Below are positions 14,539-27,215 of a DNA stretch of 64,000 bases, piece after piece (within the stretch, counting starts at the first letter, position 1; each line of letters starts with the position of its first letter). The notes under the pieces are model-generated. The model was given only the letters and a program-made list of their open reading frames with translations, ran no database searches and had not been told where the DNA came from. This DNA is from Anthoceros angustus (Eukaryota > Plantae > Anthocerotophyta). The stretch covers positions 558,001 to 622,000 of the forward strand of contig MU008151.1 in assembly GCA_010909165.1 (NCBI GenBank), in the 5' to 3' direction. The position numbers and the translations under genes are program-made.

Positions 14539-14756
14539 CATTGTTGCGGACCTTGAACAACTGCATTACTTATCTAGGGAGAACTCGAATCATACAGTAG
14601 CAAGAGAACACTACCCATATCGCCAAATCCATGTTGCTATCCAATTGCAATACACGGCCGGGAACCACTTATTTGCCAAAAATTGCTTTCCAAAATCCTT
14701 GCCTCCGTTAAAGATGCTTGTCACAGGCATGGCCCAGAAAACAAGAATATTCAGAA

Positions 14757-17099
14757 TTATACTCGGTCAAGAGTGGCGCCCACTGATGGACCCCCTTTGC
14801 GGAAAACGTAGAGATGTTCAATAGCCACGCCTTCTAGTTTACGAGGAATAATACCGAGATCCTGAAAGCTTAAAGCTGGAATCACGCCCACAAAGAAAAT
14901 CACACGAAAATTAAAACGACTGAACTGGTGTTCTAAAGCGAGATGCATGTTACAGACAAGACTATATACCTTCTGGCGATACAATATAATTGTCTTCAAG
15001 CGACATAAGGTAATTACGATTGAACGTTGCCGGGTGCGGAATGGGAAAAGGAAGCCTCTTGAGCAGGACTTCCCGTGGAGTAGCAATTAACTACCATACA
15101 GCAAATCAAAGAACACAGCGGTTAGATCCTTGAAGAGAAACCAAGCAGATGCCACAGATGAAACCTGTAAACGTGCACCCGTTCCAAACTACAAGAGATG
15201 ACAGTTTCTTTACATGAGCAATAAATGCTGGGATATTGATGATCCGAGGTTTCTCACGAATTGTCTCGAACACAAGATCCACCTGTAGACAAGACACAAC
15301 TCAGCTGAGACAGCCTGCACACAGGAACTACACCACACCTGGAAACAACAGTCAAAGAAATCTTCAAAATCACATAGGGACGTTGATCCTACAAGCTCTC
15401 TCATCGTGAATACTTCTGGTCCTCCAAGCTCATACGTCCTCCCCATACTAATTCCTTCATCCTTAACAGTTGAAACCACTGCTGCCGCAACGTCTACCAC
15501 ATGCACTGGCTGTAACCTGGCACATGAGAAATGAAGTCAGTTCAACACGCTGCGAGTTATTCGCTCCTTGACGCAGCCCTAACCAACAACTTCTAGAATC
15601 CTCGCCTTCGGGAAGTACTTTGTATTGCCGCCTGATATTATTGGCACCGCCGGCAGATTCTTCGCTTGGATAGCAATACGATTTAGGAGACGGTCTTCAG
15701 TTCCAACCAGAGGGGCGGTCCTAAGTACTGTAGCCTGTGGACAGACACCTTTCAGAGTCGCTACACATTATAGAGGGTTCATTGACCAGGAGAAAGGAAT
15801 AAGCCTAGAACCTCAGGAAATTCCTTCAAAACTGCATTCTCCCCAGCGGCCTTCGTCCTGTGAAGCTGGGCCGCTGCTGATGGAGAGGCACCCAAACAAG
15901 AGACTTGGATGAATTTAGAAATGCCTCCATGTTCTTTGGATATCTGCACCCAAGTTCACCAAATCTAACATTATATTCTACAACCAAAAACCTTTAAGCA
16001 AAGCTTCAACCTGCCAGAAGCTATACCCGTGCCAAGCGTTGTGCTGCTGCAATGTTGATATCCTCAAAACTGAAATTTCGAGTTTCATACTCCTTGCCTG
16101 TCAACACAACAAGAATGAAGTCATTAGCTAAGCGCTGTCACGACCAGAGGAATGCCCAATGCCACGATAACAGGGAAGGGTAGAATAGCCAAAATCACAG
16201 ACCAATTACATTGATGACCACATTTGACTTAGCGATTGCTGCTTTGATGGACTCTTCATCTCTTATGTCACATCGCATTGGAACAATCTGGATTCCCAAA
16301 GCAGACAAAACTTTAGCACACAAAGGAACCGAAACAAAGCCATAACCCTTTCTTCCATCAGCTAACTCCTCACCTGCCCCAGATCTCCCATCACTTTCAG
16401 GTGCCGGAAGTCCTCATCCAACCCTCTGTAGGGAACCATAACCTGGGACCCAATACGGGCTGGCACCCAAACCCAAATAAGATAACACAGCATAAGGACC
16501 ATGATGTGAATCCTCCAACAACGTACACAAGCTCCGACGCATTGCAATGCCAAGTACATGCGGTGCCAAGGTCATACCAAGCTGCTGCACGACATAGCGT
16601 CCCAGAAACCCTGTCGCTCCAAACACTGTGGCAACAACGCCGCTGAAGCAATATAACTAGGTCAGGACGCGGAAAGGAGAGCGGAATTCTCCATCCATGT
16701 GACCTCAACCTCCTCAGCCATGCACCAAAAGGACCTCAGCAGCACTGTCAGAAGACAGACCTTACAGACGACCGTCCGCCGGTGCCTCTGTGACGAGGTC
16801 CCACAGCCAAGGAAGAAGAAAAGCGCACATCTGCGCCCACAAACGGTCCACAACCGAGCTAAGATCTCCAACTTTGCTGGATCACAAACAGCACACTCCC
16901 GCGGCGGGATCGCCAACCGGACACAGTAGCTGTGCAAACCAACAGAAACAAAAGCAGGTCAGGAATGCATGGCCGCATTGCTACCTGGAATGTCGAATTC
17001 CGCCGGCGCAGATGCATCCAGCAGCTGATGCAGAGGCGGACTGGCTGGGGCTCGGGACACGCGGCCGAGCTGCGCTGCCCGCCGCGCTGCCTGGTGCAT
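14757..17099 (-). CDS. NDUFA9: Mitochondrial complex I 39-kDa subunit (NDUFA9), multi-exon; 5' exon structure approximate
   Basis: Exons encode GTGGRSSVS|GVVATVFGATGFLGRYVVQQL, GSQVMVPYRG...HLKVMGDLGQ, SNVVINVIG|KEYETRNFSF, GTEDRLLN, QPVHVVDVAAAV...GRTYELGGPEVFT, and FRKGGPSVGATLDRV*. Candidate ATG at 17099 (MHQAARRAAQLGR, presequence-like). Confidence 0.93.
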
Positions 17100-17585
17100 G
17101 GCTGGCTCTCTTCCTCGGTCGCTTCAAGGCAATGCTGCCTGCCTGCTTCCTTGTGCACTTCCCTGCAAAGGAAGGCCCGGGATCATCCGCTAATTCGCAT
17201 AGTTCACTAATGCTCCGATTTTGTTTCACTTCACATTTTGCCACATATGGATCTCATACAAGATTAGCATGGACCATGTCCATACAGGTATGTACATGTA
17301 CCTACATGGACCCCAAATCGAGGAGAGATACATACCATGTTCAAACCATGTGGATGCACTCGGAGGTTCGAGTGAGACCATCCATGGCGGAGGAGGCGGC
17401 GGAGGCTGCAGCCTCTGCAATGCCGTGCCCATGCTCTTCACATTGGCCGTGAGGTGTGTTGTGCTGCTTCTTCATGTCCCTCTGCTGTGGGAATGCCGGG
17501 TCTGAAGGGTGTGGAAGAAGAATGCTGGTCACATTGTGTCACCATGGCGATTTGAAGACAGCTCTCCAGACAGTGGAGCTGCATT

Positions 17586-20399
17586 ATGTTGGCCCAGCTC
17601 CGGATGTTAGTCTACTTCATTAGAGTCTCCGGCTGCAGATGGAATGCAACGAATGTAGCTAGATCTGCTTCAAACGTTTTGTTGGGGGCTACTGGAGAGA
17701 GGAGTCTTTGTACATTGGGAGACAGGGATCGGCAGTTTGAGTCAGCAAGGGGCGTGGGAGCAGAGCAAAAAAGCAGGCGGCGCAGAGGAGGTGGCAAGGA
17801 TGGGGAGAAGGAGAAGAGGTTTTCTTGTCCGGGAAAGGCTACGCTTGTGAGCAGGACGTTGGAGATGTTGAGACTATGGCAGAGAGAGCGCAGGCCTGGT
17901 AGTCCGTTGAGGTCCTTGGGGTTTGCGCTTACACCGAATCAAGTCACTGAAGTGCTGAAGCGCCAAAGGGATGTGGGTTTAGCTGTGGCTTTCTTCACCT
18001 GGGCTGGGAATCAGGAGGGTTACAAGCACGACTCGTTCACGTACACCACTCTGGTTAAGCTGTTTGGGGAAGTGCAGGATTACGACAGCATGTGGGGAAC
18101 CTTACAGAGAATGCAGCTGGATAAATGTGAGATAACCGATGTTACGTGTAAGGTGGTGTTGCTGAGCTACTTTCGGGCAGACAGGTGGAAACTGTTGGAG
18201 CAGGTCTTTGCAGGATTGTTGAGTTTAGGGTATTGTCCGACAGCGGCGTCGTATGGGATCCTGGTTGAGCTGTTGCTGCAGTGTGGTGAGTGTGATGCGG
18301 CCCTCTCATGGTTGAGGAAAATGTTAGAGGTTGGGGTTGTGCCCCAAGAGAAAACCTACTCCAGCATTGTATGCACCTTTCTCAGGAAGGGAGACCTGCA
18401 GTTAGCACAATCGCTTCTCCGAGAATTGGAGGAGAATGTTGGAACACCGGCTATGGATGTGTACGAGATGTTGATTCAGGGTCTTGTAAAGGCAGCGAAG
18501 TATGAGGAGGCCAGCAAGTTGTTTGCAGCATTGAGGGAGAGGGAGTTGGTTCTGTCCGTATATACGTATAACACAATGCTGAATGCATTTGGTAAAATGG
18601 GGCAGGTGGATGATGCATGCAAGCTTTTTGTAGAGATGAAGGGAAATGGAGTTGACCCAAGTGCCATAACTTTCAGTACGCTTATTGACATGCTGGTGAA
18701 GGCTGAGAGGCTGGATGAAGCTTGTGAGCTTGCGGAAGAGATGGAAAGAAGAGGCTGCCTCTTGGACAATGTTACCACTACTGCTCTGATCAGTGGTTTG
18801 GGAAAGGCAGGCCAAGTGGATGAGGCTTGGGCTCTTTTTCAGAAGATGAAAGATCATGGCTGTGAGAAAAGCACAATCACATACAATGCCCTAATGTATG
18901 GTCTGTTGAAAGCTGGGAGGGTACCTCAAGCATGGACATGTTTCTGTGAAATGCGACAGAATGGATGCCTTCCAGATTTGATCACCTACAACACCCTGGT
19001 TGGCGGGCTTGCAAACCTGGGGCAAGCTGACGAGGCCGTAAAAGTTTTTGAAGCAGCAAAGGTGGATGGAATTGTTCTTGATCTCATTTCCTACAATAGT
19101 CTCCTGAATGGACTCTGTAAGACAGGTCATGTCGTCCGCGCCTTGCAGGTGTTTGAGGATATGAAGGAAAAAGCACTTCCTCCAAATCTTATAACCTTCA
19201 GGATCTTGATTGCTGGGCTATTAGATGCAGGTGCGTTGGACGATGCCTGCTCCCTTTTTGAAGAAATGAAAAGATCCGGTTGTTGTGCATCCACTTCTTT
19301 GTACAATAGTTTGATCGCAACCCTTGGCAAGGCAAACAGGATAGACAGCGCCTTCAACCTTTTTGAGGAGATGGCAGAGACAGGCTGTGTCCCGGATGTT
19401 GCTACTTGCAACTCACTCATAAGCGGACTTGGTAGATCAGGCAAGATAGACAAGGCAGTAGATATCCTGGGCTACATGAGGAGGAATGGTTTTGAACCAG
19501 ATGCTGTGACCTTCAACTGTCTCATTGACGGTCTGGGCATGGCAGGGAGGGTTGACCAAGCTCAACAGCTATATGCAGCTATGAAGCAGAGTAGCATCCA
19601 CCCTGATGGCTTCACGTTCACAACTATGGTGAACCAGCTGATGAGAGCAGGTCGAGCGGACGAAGCTTTTCAAGTTTTTGAAGAGGCAGCCCTTTCCAAT
19701 GTTTGCCTTCACAACTCCCTAATTGCTGGGCTCAGCAAGTCACAAGACGTGTCCAAAGCTTTCAGGCTGTTCGGTGAGATGAAAGATAGTGGCCCAGCAC
19801 CTGATGCCTTTACCTACGGTGCCCTCATCCAGGCCCTGGGCAAGGCTGGGCAACTGCTTGAGGCTTGCACGCTATTTGAGGAAATGAAAGAAAAGGGCAT
19901 CTCCCCGACTCTGGTGAACTATGCGATCGTCGTCAACATTCTGAGCAAATCTGGAGACATGGATGGTGCCTATGACATACTGAAGGAGATGAAGAGTGAC
20001 ATGTCACCGAATTTGGTGATCTTCAACACTCTAGTCGATGGGCTTGGCAGACTGGGCCGGGTATCCGAAGCCCTGCGGCTGCTGGATGCATTGCAAGACA
20101 GCCAGCATGCCCCTGACATTAGAACTTACACCTCGCTCATTGTTGGCTATGCTAGGATTGGAATGACTGACAGAGTCTGGCAGCTGTTTGGCAGGATGAA
20201 AGATGAGGGCTGTACGCCATCTGTGGTGACATACACCGCGCTAATTGATGCCTTTGGCAAGGCAGGCATGATGGAAAGAGCACAGCAACTGTGCCGAGAA
20301 ATGGAATACAGTGGTTGCACCCCGGATGTGTGGTTTCGGGACGTCATAGCCTCACACAACCTGGTGTACCCATGTCAATTGCAGCAGAAATCTGCCTGA
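17586..20399 (+). CDS. P-class pentatricopeptide repeat protein, 937 aa, intronless
   Basis: About 20 tandem 35-aa motifs (e.g. VYTYNTMLNAFGKMGQVDDACKLFVEMKGNGVDPS). FFTWAGNQEGYKHD N-terminal motif, Arg-rich presequence-like N-terminus, no E/DYW extension. Confidence 0.95.
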   Translation: MLAQLRMLVYFIRVSGCRWNATNVARSASNVLLGATGERSLCTLGDRDRQFESARGVGAEQKSRRRRGGGKDGEKEKRFSCPGKATLVSRTLEMLRLWQRERRPGSPLRSLGFALTPNQVTEVLKRQRDVGLAVAFFTWAGNQEGYKHDSFTYTTLVKLFGEVQDYDSMWGTLQRMQLDKCEITDVTCKVVLLSYFRADRWKLLEQVFAGLLSLGYCPTAASYGILVELLLQCGECDAALSWLRKMLEVGVVPQEKTYSSIVCTFLRKGDLQLAQSLLRELEENVGTPAMDVYEMLIQGLVKAAKYEEASKLFAALRERELVLSVYTYNTMLNAFGKMGQVDDACKLFVEMKGNGVDPSAITFSTLIDMLVKAERLDEACELAEEMERRGCLLDNVTTTALISGLGKAGQVDEAWALFQKMKDHGCEKSTITYNALMYGLLKAGRVPQAWTCFCEMRQNGCLPDLITYNTLVGGLANLGQADEAVKVFEAAKVDGIVLDLISYNSLLNGLCKTGHVVRALQVFEDMKEKALPPNLITFRILIAGLLDAGALDDACSLFEEMKRSGCCASTSLYNSLIATLGKANRIDSAFNLFEEMAETGCVPDVATCNSLISGLGRSGKIDKAVDILGYMRRNGFEPDAVTFNCLIDGLGMAGRVDQAQQLYAAMKQSSIHPDGFTFTTMVNQLMRAGRADEAFQVFEEAALSNVCLHNSLIAGLSKSQDVSKAFRLFGEMKDSGPAPDAFTYGALIQALGKAGQLLEACTLFEEMKEKGISPTLVNYAIVVNILSKSGDMDGAYDILKEMKSDMSPNLVIFNTLVDGLGRLGRVSEALRLLDALQDSQHAPDIRTYTSLIVGYARIGMTDRVWQLFGRMKDEGCTPSVVTYTALIDAFGKAGMMERAQQLCREMEYSGCTPDVWFRDVIASHNLVYPCQLQQKSA

Positions 20400-20639
20400 A
20401 ATTCTCACGTCTCGAAGCTTCTCCTTGCCCACCTTCATCATGCTTTCGGGAATCCCAACCTCAGGTTAAAGGGACGAATAGAACCCGTTTGAGGTCGGTA
20501 TGGGTACCTGACCTCTCCTCTACTACCTACACAGTTCCCTTGACATACAACACATCACTACCCGAAAAACCTTTGTTGTTAGCTTGAGCGACACGAAGGC
20601 CACATATTACTCGTAGGTGAAGGAGGGACGGACGGACGG

Positions 20640-20875
20640 AAAAGTGATAGGGAAAATCATCTACCTCGGACTGAGGGGGAACAATCCACACTTTATTAAA
20701 AAGAAGAGATGGGAAAATCATCTATCTTGAATTGAGGGAACAACTCACACTTTATTAAAAAGAAGAGATGGGAAAATCATCCCTCTCGAGGGAGACAACC
20801 CACATTTTATTAAAAAAAAGAGAAGGGAAAATCATCTACCTCGAATCCACTCGAATCGAGGGGGGACAATCCACT
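20640..20875 (-). repeat. 3-4 tandem copies of a dispersed repeat motif (gggaaaatcatctacctcg...cactttattaaaaagaagagat)
   Basis: Tandem ~55-60-bp units. Reverse-complement relatives at 42960-43050 and 45747-45830; same-orientation relative at 54047-54090. Confidence 0.7.
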
Positions 20876-21004
20876 AAAGGGCCAAGAGCCAGGGGCAAGG
20901 CCCACGAATGATGTGCATGTTACTCTAGGTGTGCCTTTTGGTGAAACTTAGGTTTCTAGAAAACTGAAAAGACTTGGTTGACATGGTTTTCCCATCTTTG
21001 TTCT

Positions 21005-21080
21005 GGTACTTAGATGAGGTGTTTGAAAGGGAGTGGATGCCCTTGGTGCTAGTAGCTTAGGCACACCATGTTACAAGTTA
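21005..21080 (+). repeat. Partial copy of a dispersed SINE/LINE-tail-like repeat
   Basis: ggtacttagatgaggtg...gggagtggatgcccttggtgc.agtagcttaggcacaccatg.tacaagtt matches 28828-28901 and the reverse complement of ~55477-55550. Confidence 0.75.
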
Positions 21081-21954
21081 GGGCGGCTGTTGGAAGTCCT
21101 CCGCTAGCTTGTGGCCGCCATGGTGGCCATACCCACATCCTTCCCGTGCCTCTGTTGTGCCAATTGTGTCATTTATTGTTGTAAAGTATTTCTAACATGG
21201 TAAAACTCTCTCTCTCTTCCATATGAGTAGGTAAGCACTTGTGAGCAATAAAAATACAATTGGAAGTACAATATCCTTTACTATGGGGTCCACTTTGAAA
21301 CTAACAATGGGAAGAGCTTCATGATCAAAAATGATATCTAACACTTCATAACAACAAGAATAATCACATTCATAATAGCGTCCCTAAAAACTAGAGTAAC
21401 AACAACTTTACAACACCGGATAAGACGAAAGAACGACATGATTATTAACAAAGAACGACATGTTTATTAACAGGTTACACTACCATCATAACACCCTATT
21501 TAACAACAAAAGAAGCAATGCAAACAAGGGGAAGAGCAAGGAATATTAGTGTGCGACTTACAATAGGGTCAATAATATGCTTAGTCACGGTAAGTTAACC
21601 TGAGTCAATTAATATGGCGTTTAATAACCACGGTTAACTAACTATGGTCAACAATCGGAAGGTTGGAGTTTATTGTGTTGAAAAGGATATAGTTACACTT
21701 ATTATAAAACTAGTTTAAAATACACCATAATTCTGTCTGGATTCTGTGCAGACTTAATGATAATAATTTTCCCTATAATATGTGTTTGTAAAATATATTT
21801 TATAAAATTTAGATTATTGATATATAATATTAATATAAAATAAAAATACCCTAATAATCTTTACTACGAGGTTTACTGGGCAGAATCGATGAGAATCGAC
21901 GCCTATGGATTGGATAAGAAAATAAGATAAAAAGACATTGTGGGGATAGTCTAC

Positions 21955-22125
21955 GTGTTTCCTCCAAAGTTGGCATGTTGGCATAGAAGGTTTAGCGAGC
22001 AGAACTTCTTGATCACTTTTTCCACAAATGCAACTGGTGTGTTCCTCCAAAGTTGGCATGTTGGCATAGAAGGTTTAGCGAGCAGAACTTCTTGATCACT
22101 TTTTCCACAAATGCAACTGGTGTGT
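21955..22125. repeat. 83-bp tandem duplication
   Basis: ctccaaagttggcatgttggcatagaaggtttagcgagcagaacttcttgatcacttttt occurs at 21962 and 22045. Confidence 0.9.
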
Positions 22126-24654
22126 CGTTCTCCAAAAGCAGTCATAGAACAAACTATGCACATACTCTAAACATGTGATCCAAATAATTCGTCCACAAAA
22201 AAATCTGGAACGAAATCTTCACCTCACATACTTCAAATTTAACTTGTTGCTTCTCAAAGATAGCTTCCCGCAAATCGAATCCATCCTTCTGCTCCCATCC
22301 TTGCATGTCAAGTTGTCAAAGTACATGCATGAAGTGCAACACACGATACGGATGAGGATATGGACGCAATTACGGAGTAAATATGCAAGCTTATATAAGA
22401 ACAAGTGGATACGCCTGAGAAGTATTAGTTATTATTTAGATATAAGGAAAATAGGATAATGAAGATATTAGTGTTTAACTCCATCTTACATGTCTCTTAA
22501 TGTCTAAATAACAAGAATAAAAGGTTTGAGCTGGAGGAGGCTCGGCATTCCGGAGTCCTACCAGTCTCGAGCAATTTAGATTGGTATCAGTTGTCAAGTC
22601 ATACACTCTTACAATTCATACAAATACATTAATACTATCACATAATATGACTTATCTAATCATATACTTATACATGTACATGTTCATATACACGTATAAC
22701 TTCTTAACATTGCATATCTCCTTGGCTTCTGTGTTTCCCCTTGTCAGTGTGGAGTTAGAGTCCGACTTGTTGCCTTAACTTCAGCTTCTAAGTATTGGTT
22801 TGTTCTACCGGGCACAATAGTGTGGACAACGAGGAAGCTTATAGCACTCCTCTCTATAATTTTCCCCTCTGAAATATGGAATTCGGCATAAATACACACT
22901 TTGTAGTACTTTGAGGTTGAGTAGTCTCCCCTTTATGGCAAAATGAGTTTAAGATTGTCAGTTAGTCTCCCCATATAGTTATAGCAAAATGAGAATAAGA
23001 AAACCAAGTAGTCTCCAATTTATGGGAAAATGAGAATTTGATGTCAGTAATCCGATATGTACACATTCTAACACATACATCCATATGCATAATTCAAGAG
23101 CAAAGACGAACTTCATGAAAGGGAGTGATTATAGACACATAAGACATTTGCGTGTGCATAGACATGGGAAAATAAGAACTGCATAGTTAAAGAAAATGAT
23201 GAGTTATGCTTCCCAAGCCATGCAAGAAACCACCCTTGAATTAGGGGTTATTAGATATCAAACATAGAGAAACACTTCATCATACGGTCCACCACCCAAA
23301 CCTAAACCACTCTTAAATGATCATATGATAAGTATGAGGTAACATATATAATTATATCATTCAGGATATTTGTATCCATAACTAACTTAGGTGTAGAAAA
23401 AATATCTACTAAACAAAATCTTTTTCAACCATATACAGATCTCCCTTTAACAATAATTATGATAAATATAACAGATAATATAACTATATAATTATAACAT
23501 ATAATTATACTTATACATATAAAATAAATTAACAATAGAAAAAAAAGTCATCAAGCAAAGTTACTCACCGATTGCCTTGTCTCCTTTATGGGCATGGCTT
23601 GGTAGCCATAACCAGAAGTTAACCATAAGGGTCTACAGGCCATGGGTGTCCAGGCTCTTTATGGCTATCATGGCTATCATGGTTTTTCGAGGCAGGGTGT
23701 GCTCGCATCTATGACCATGTACGCGCCATAGCGGCATGCAGCCATGGTTACCTTGGCTCTCAAAGCGGCCATAAGTGCCATCGCCCGTGCAGCCATGGCC
23801 GATATGGCAGCCTTAATAAGCTAATGAGCTTTGTATGACCCTGAATCCAACATGTGGTGGTGAGAAGGAGAGTCTACATTGTGCTCTGCAAACAAGCAAC
23901 AAGAATCGGTTAAGAAGCTTGGCAAATCCTGAAGTCTGTCACTCAGAATCCAAATCACAGCAGACGGCTAGAGTCAGCGAATTGCAGACATTGATAGCAC
24001 CTGGTTGTCAAAATGAATGCTCTGGCACTGGAGGAGTCGCCATAGCAAGCAGCTTTAGGAGCGCAGGCCGTACGCAAGCCCCGTGTAAAAATATGTCCAG
24101 CACTTCAAAACAAAGCAGCCCGAATCAGGCTCGCCACGCCCCCTCACCATCATGCCCGCGCCCTCGCAGTCCCACGTCCTGAACGCCCCGGAGCTTGTTG
24201 CCTCCGATTACCAATGTAAGCTCCTTCCTGCCTCGGTTTAATGGTGTCGTTGTTGAAGCCGGTGTGCCTGCTTGGAAATACAAGTTCGCGATGAATGGCA
24301 TCCTCGAGAGAAAAGAATTGTTAGGAGACGATGTATGTGTTCGTGACGAGCTATAGAAATGAAAGGAGATCAACACAGTCCGTCTGTATTATCGTAAGAC
24401 AGGGAGTAAACCGAGAATCGCAAGCCAGAATCAAGCGCTTGGAGAGGAGGAGATGGAGTACCGGAGTATGGTGCCGGGTGAAGAAGATCAGGAACGGGAG
24501 GAAGATTCGCGGAAAGATTGGCGGGGCCGTGACGGCGGCACAAAGTTGCACGAGAGCGAGAGGATAAAATGCACGCCCGGATTACTGACGTCTGATGCCA
24601 GACGCGGGCGGGTGAGCTGAAGAGGACGGCAGAGTGAGGGCGTGGATCGGAGCT

Positions 24655-26769
24655 ATGGCGCAGCTGGGAGCCGTGTCCTGCATTGCCGGCCCCGGCAGCT
24701 CGCCCAGAGTGTGCCGCCTCTCCTCCTGCCTGTGGGGCGTCAGACTCGCCTCCTCCTCCTGCCCGGCCAACCTAAGTATTGTTCCTTGCCTTGCCTTCCT
24801 TCCCTTCCCACGCCGCTTCCTCTGACATGCCTGGTGGGAGGCCGTCTGTGCGGGGGGTTCTCACCCGCTTTCTGCCTGCCCTTGTAGTAGGTGCGAGATG
24901 CCCTGCCAGGCACCACCTCCTGGTTGTGGCCCGGCGGAAGTCAGGATTCGCGGAGCTCTTTTCCAACAAGCGGTGTGTAATGTGTAGCCTGGTGTGGGAA
25001 TGCGGTCGTGGAGCTGGTGAGTGGGTGATGCTGAAGGAAGCAGGGATGGGGGATGGGTGTGCAGATTAGGTCAGGAGCAGCAGGAGGAGCAGGCTGGGAG
25101 GTTGAGGCGCGGGCAAGTGTCGCCTCGCATGCCTGTGCCCAAGCACATACTGAAGCCGCCGTATGTGAATTCCATCAGGCCGCCTGCCATGTCGCACAAA
25201 TTCCAGATTCAGGACGCTGTCGGGGTTGCGGGCATGAGGGCTGCAGGGAAGCTTGCTGCTCGCGTGCTTGAGCACGCCGGAACCCTTGTCAAGGTTTGTC
25301 CTCGTGGTTGTTGGATGGTTTGGTGACAGGCATTGGGTGGTTTGAGCTCTGCCTGACCGCTTGTTTTTGCTGCAGCCAGGAGTTACAACAGATGAAATTG
25401 ACAAAGCTGTGCATGCTATGATCATCGAGAATGACGCTTACCCGTCTCCTCTTGGATATGGTGGCTTTCCCAAGAGTGTTTGTACTTCTGTGAATGAGTG
25501 CATCTGCCATGGTATACCTGATTCTCGTCCCCTCCAGGTGCTTGCCTCAGCCTTTTAGACCTGTGCTGTGTCAGGCATTGTATCATCAAATCTTTAGACT
25601 TGTGCATTGTCATATCTACAGCAGAGCCTGATGGCATGTGTTCTGACTACTGACAGGATGGAGACATTGTCAACATCGACGTTACTGTTTACCTAAATGT
25701 GAGTTCTCTGTTCCTCCAGATTTTATTTACCTCGTCGTGTACTCATGTATTGACGTTAGTGGCGGTCCCCAGCGAGTCTTGCTTCCGCCTGTGCCGCCTC
25801 TCTTCTGTCCGTATGAAACTGAGATGTTGTCGAGTTATCCATGCCTGCATGAGTGGAAAGCAGGAGAGGTTCTGGAGCATGGACAGGGACGACCCTGCAA
25901 TCTAATGGAAACTTACAATCTTGGGGGCATCCTGCAGGGCTATCATGGTGATACTTCTAAGACTTTCTACTGTGGGAACGTGAGTGATGAAGCAAGACAA
26001 CTGGTGGAGGTGGGTATTTTGTGTCCTGTATTTTATTACACAGTCATCGGAGGCCATGCTTGGAGCTTCTCAACAATGTTGTTCTGATGACAGGTGACTC
26101 GGGAATGCCTGGAGAAGGCCATAGCTGTTTGCGGACCTGAAGTAGAGTTTAAGAAGATTGGGAACACCATTCAGTGAGTATCCATATGTACGTCATTGTA
26201 TGCCAGTACGTCTCGATCCGCCCGGGTCAGGAGTCTAACTGGAGGCCTGTACATCATCTTTGCCTACAGGGATATTGCTGACAAATATCGTTACGGAGTT
26301 GTCGAGCATTTTGTCGGCCATGGAGTTGGGCAGATTTTCCACTCAGCACCAGCAATCCTGCATCACCGTATGCCCCCTGACTCCAGTCAATTGTCCCTAG
26401 ATGCTGCCTGTTCCTCCTTTCTTTCCTTTTATGTGTCAATCTGACTTGCCCCCAAATTCCTGCAGGCAACAACGACCCTGGTCGGATGGTAGTTGGGCAG
26501 ACCTTTACGATAGGTGAGGAACGCGGTCATCTACTACCGGTCAGACCTTAATGCGCTCCACTTGCAATTCTCTAAGCCAGCTGTGCTCACCCTTGATTGG
26601 TCCTTTCTTGCCTCGAAATGCAGAGCCCATGTTGACAATCGGGAGCATAGCTGACCGCATATGGGAAGACAATTGGACTGTTGTGACTGTAGATGGAAGC
26701 CTTTCTGCACAGTTCGAGCACTCACTACTCATCACCGAAGATGGGGTCGAGACGCTCACCAAATGTTGA
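24655..26769 (+). CDS. MAP1D: Organellar methionine aminopeptidase 1D, multi-exon
   Basis: Transit-peptide-like MAQLGAVSC...; [22 protein letters not shown]; [32 protein letters not shown]; [14 protein letters not shown]|GYHGDTS; FVGHGVG; EPMLTIGS...[25 protein letters not shown]...LTKC*. Confidence 0.95.
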
Positions 26770-27215
26770 TTTCGCTTCTGTGCTTTGTACCTATATCATT
26801 CCTATGTACAGCCGATTGGAATTGGTTTAGAAGTCCTGCCATTGCCGCAACAGGATAGCTCTGACACCACCTTAGTATTACCCTGCACATCAAGTGCGGA
26901 AATTCTTGCTGTATTGATTTTGAGAGAAGCGTTTGCGCCTAGTAGCTACAATTATGTACCTCCGCTGACTTCGCTTGAACTCGGAAGTTCCTATTAACAG
27001 TGAGGTGTCTGAAATGAAGTGTCGGGACACCAGACGACAGTACAGAACTTCAACTGCCGTGGCCTATCGCTTTCGCTTTCATTAATACAGGAACTTGTAA
27101 AGCACGATACAATGAAAGAGGAAGGTAGAACCAGAGAAACTCAACAGCTAGCTTTTGGGCTGTCCGCCAGTCTATGCTAAAAGAAAAAGCAGGTTCCTGA
27201 TGAACCCCTGAAAAA

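Noticed and set aside
17255-17280. U6 snRNA-like 13-mer aagattagcatgg (weaker look-alike at ~53358)
   Set aside because: No ACAGAGA box, no 5' stem-loop and no downstream U6 sequence. Likely a chance match.
23585-23815. ccatgg/atggct-rich quasi-palindromic stretch (MITE or miRNA hairpin?)
   Set aside because: I could not establish a continuous long stem, TIRs or a TSD by eye.
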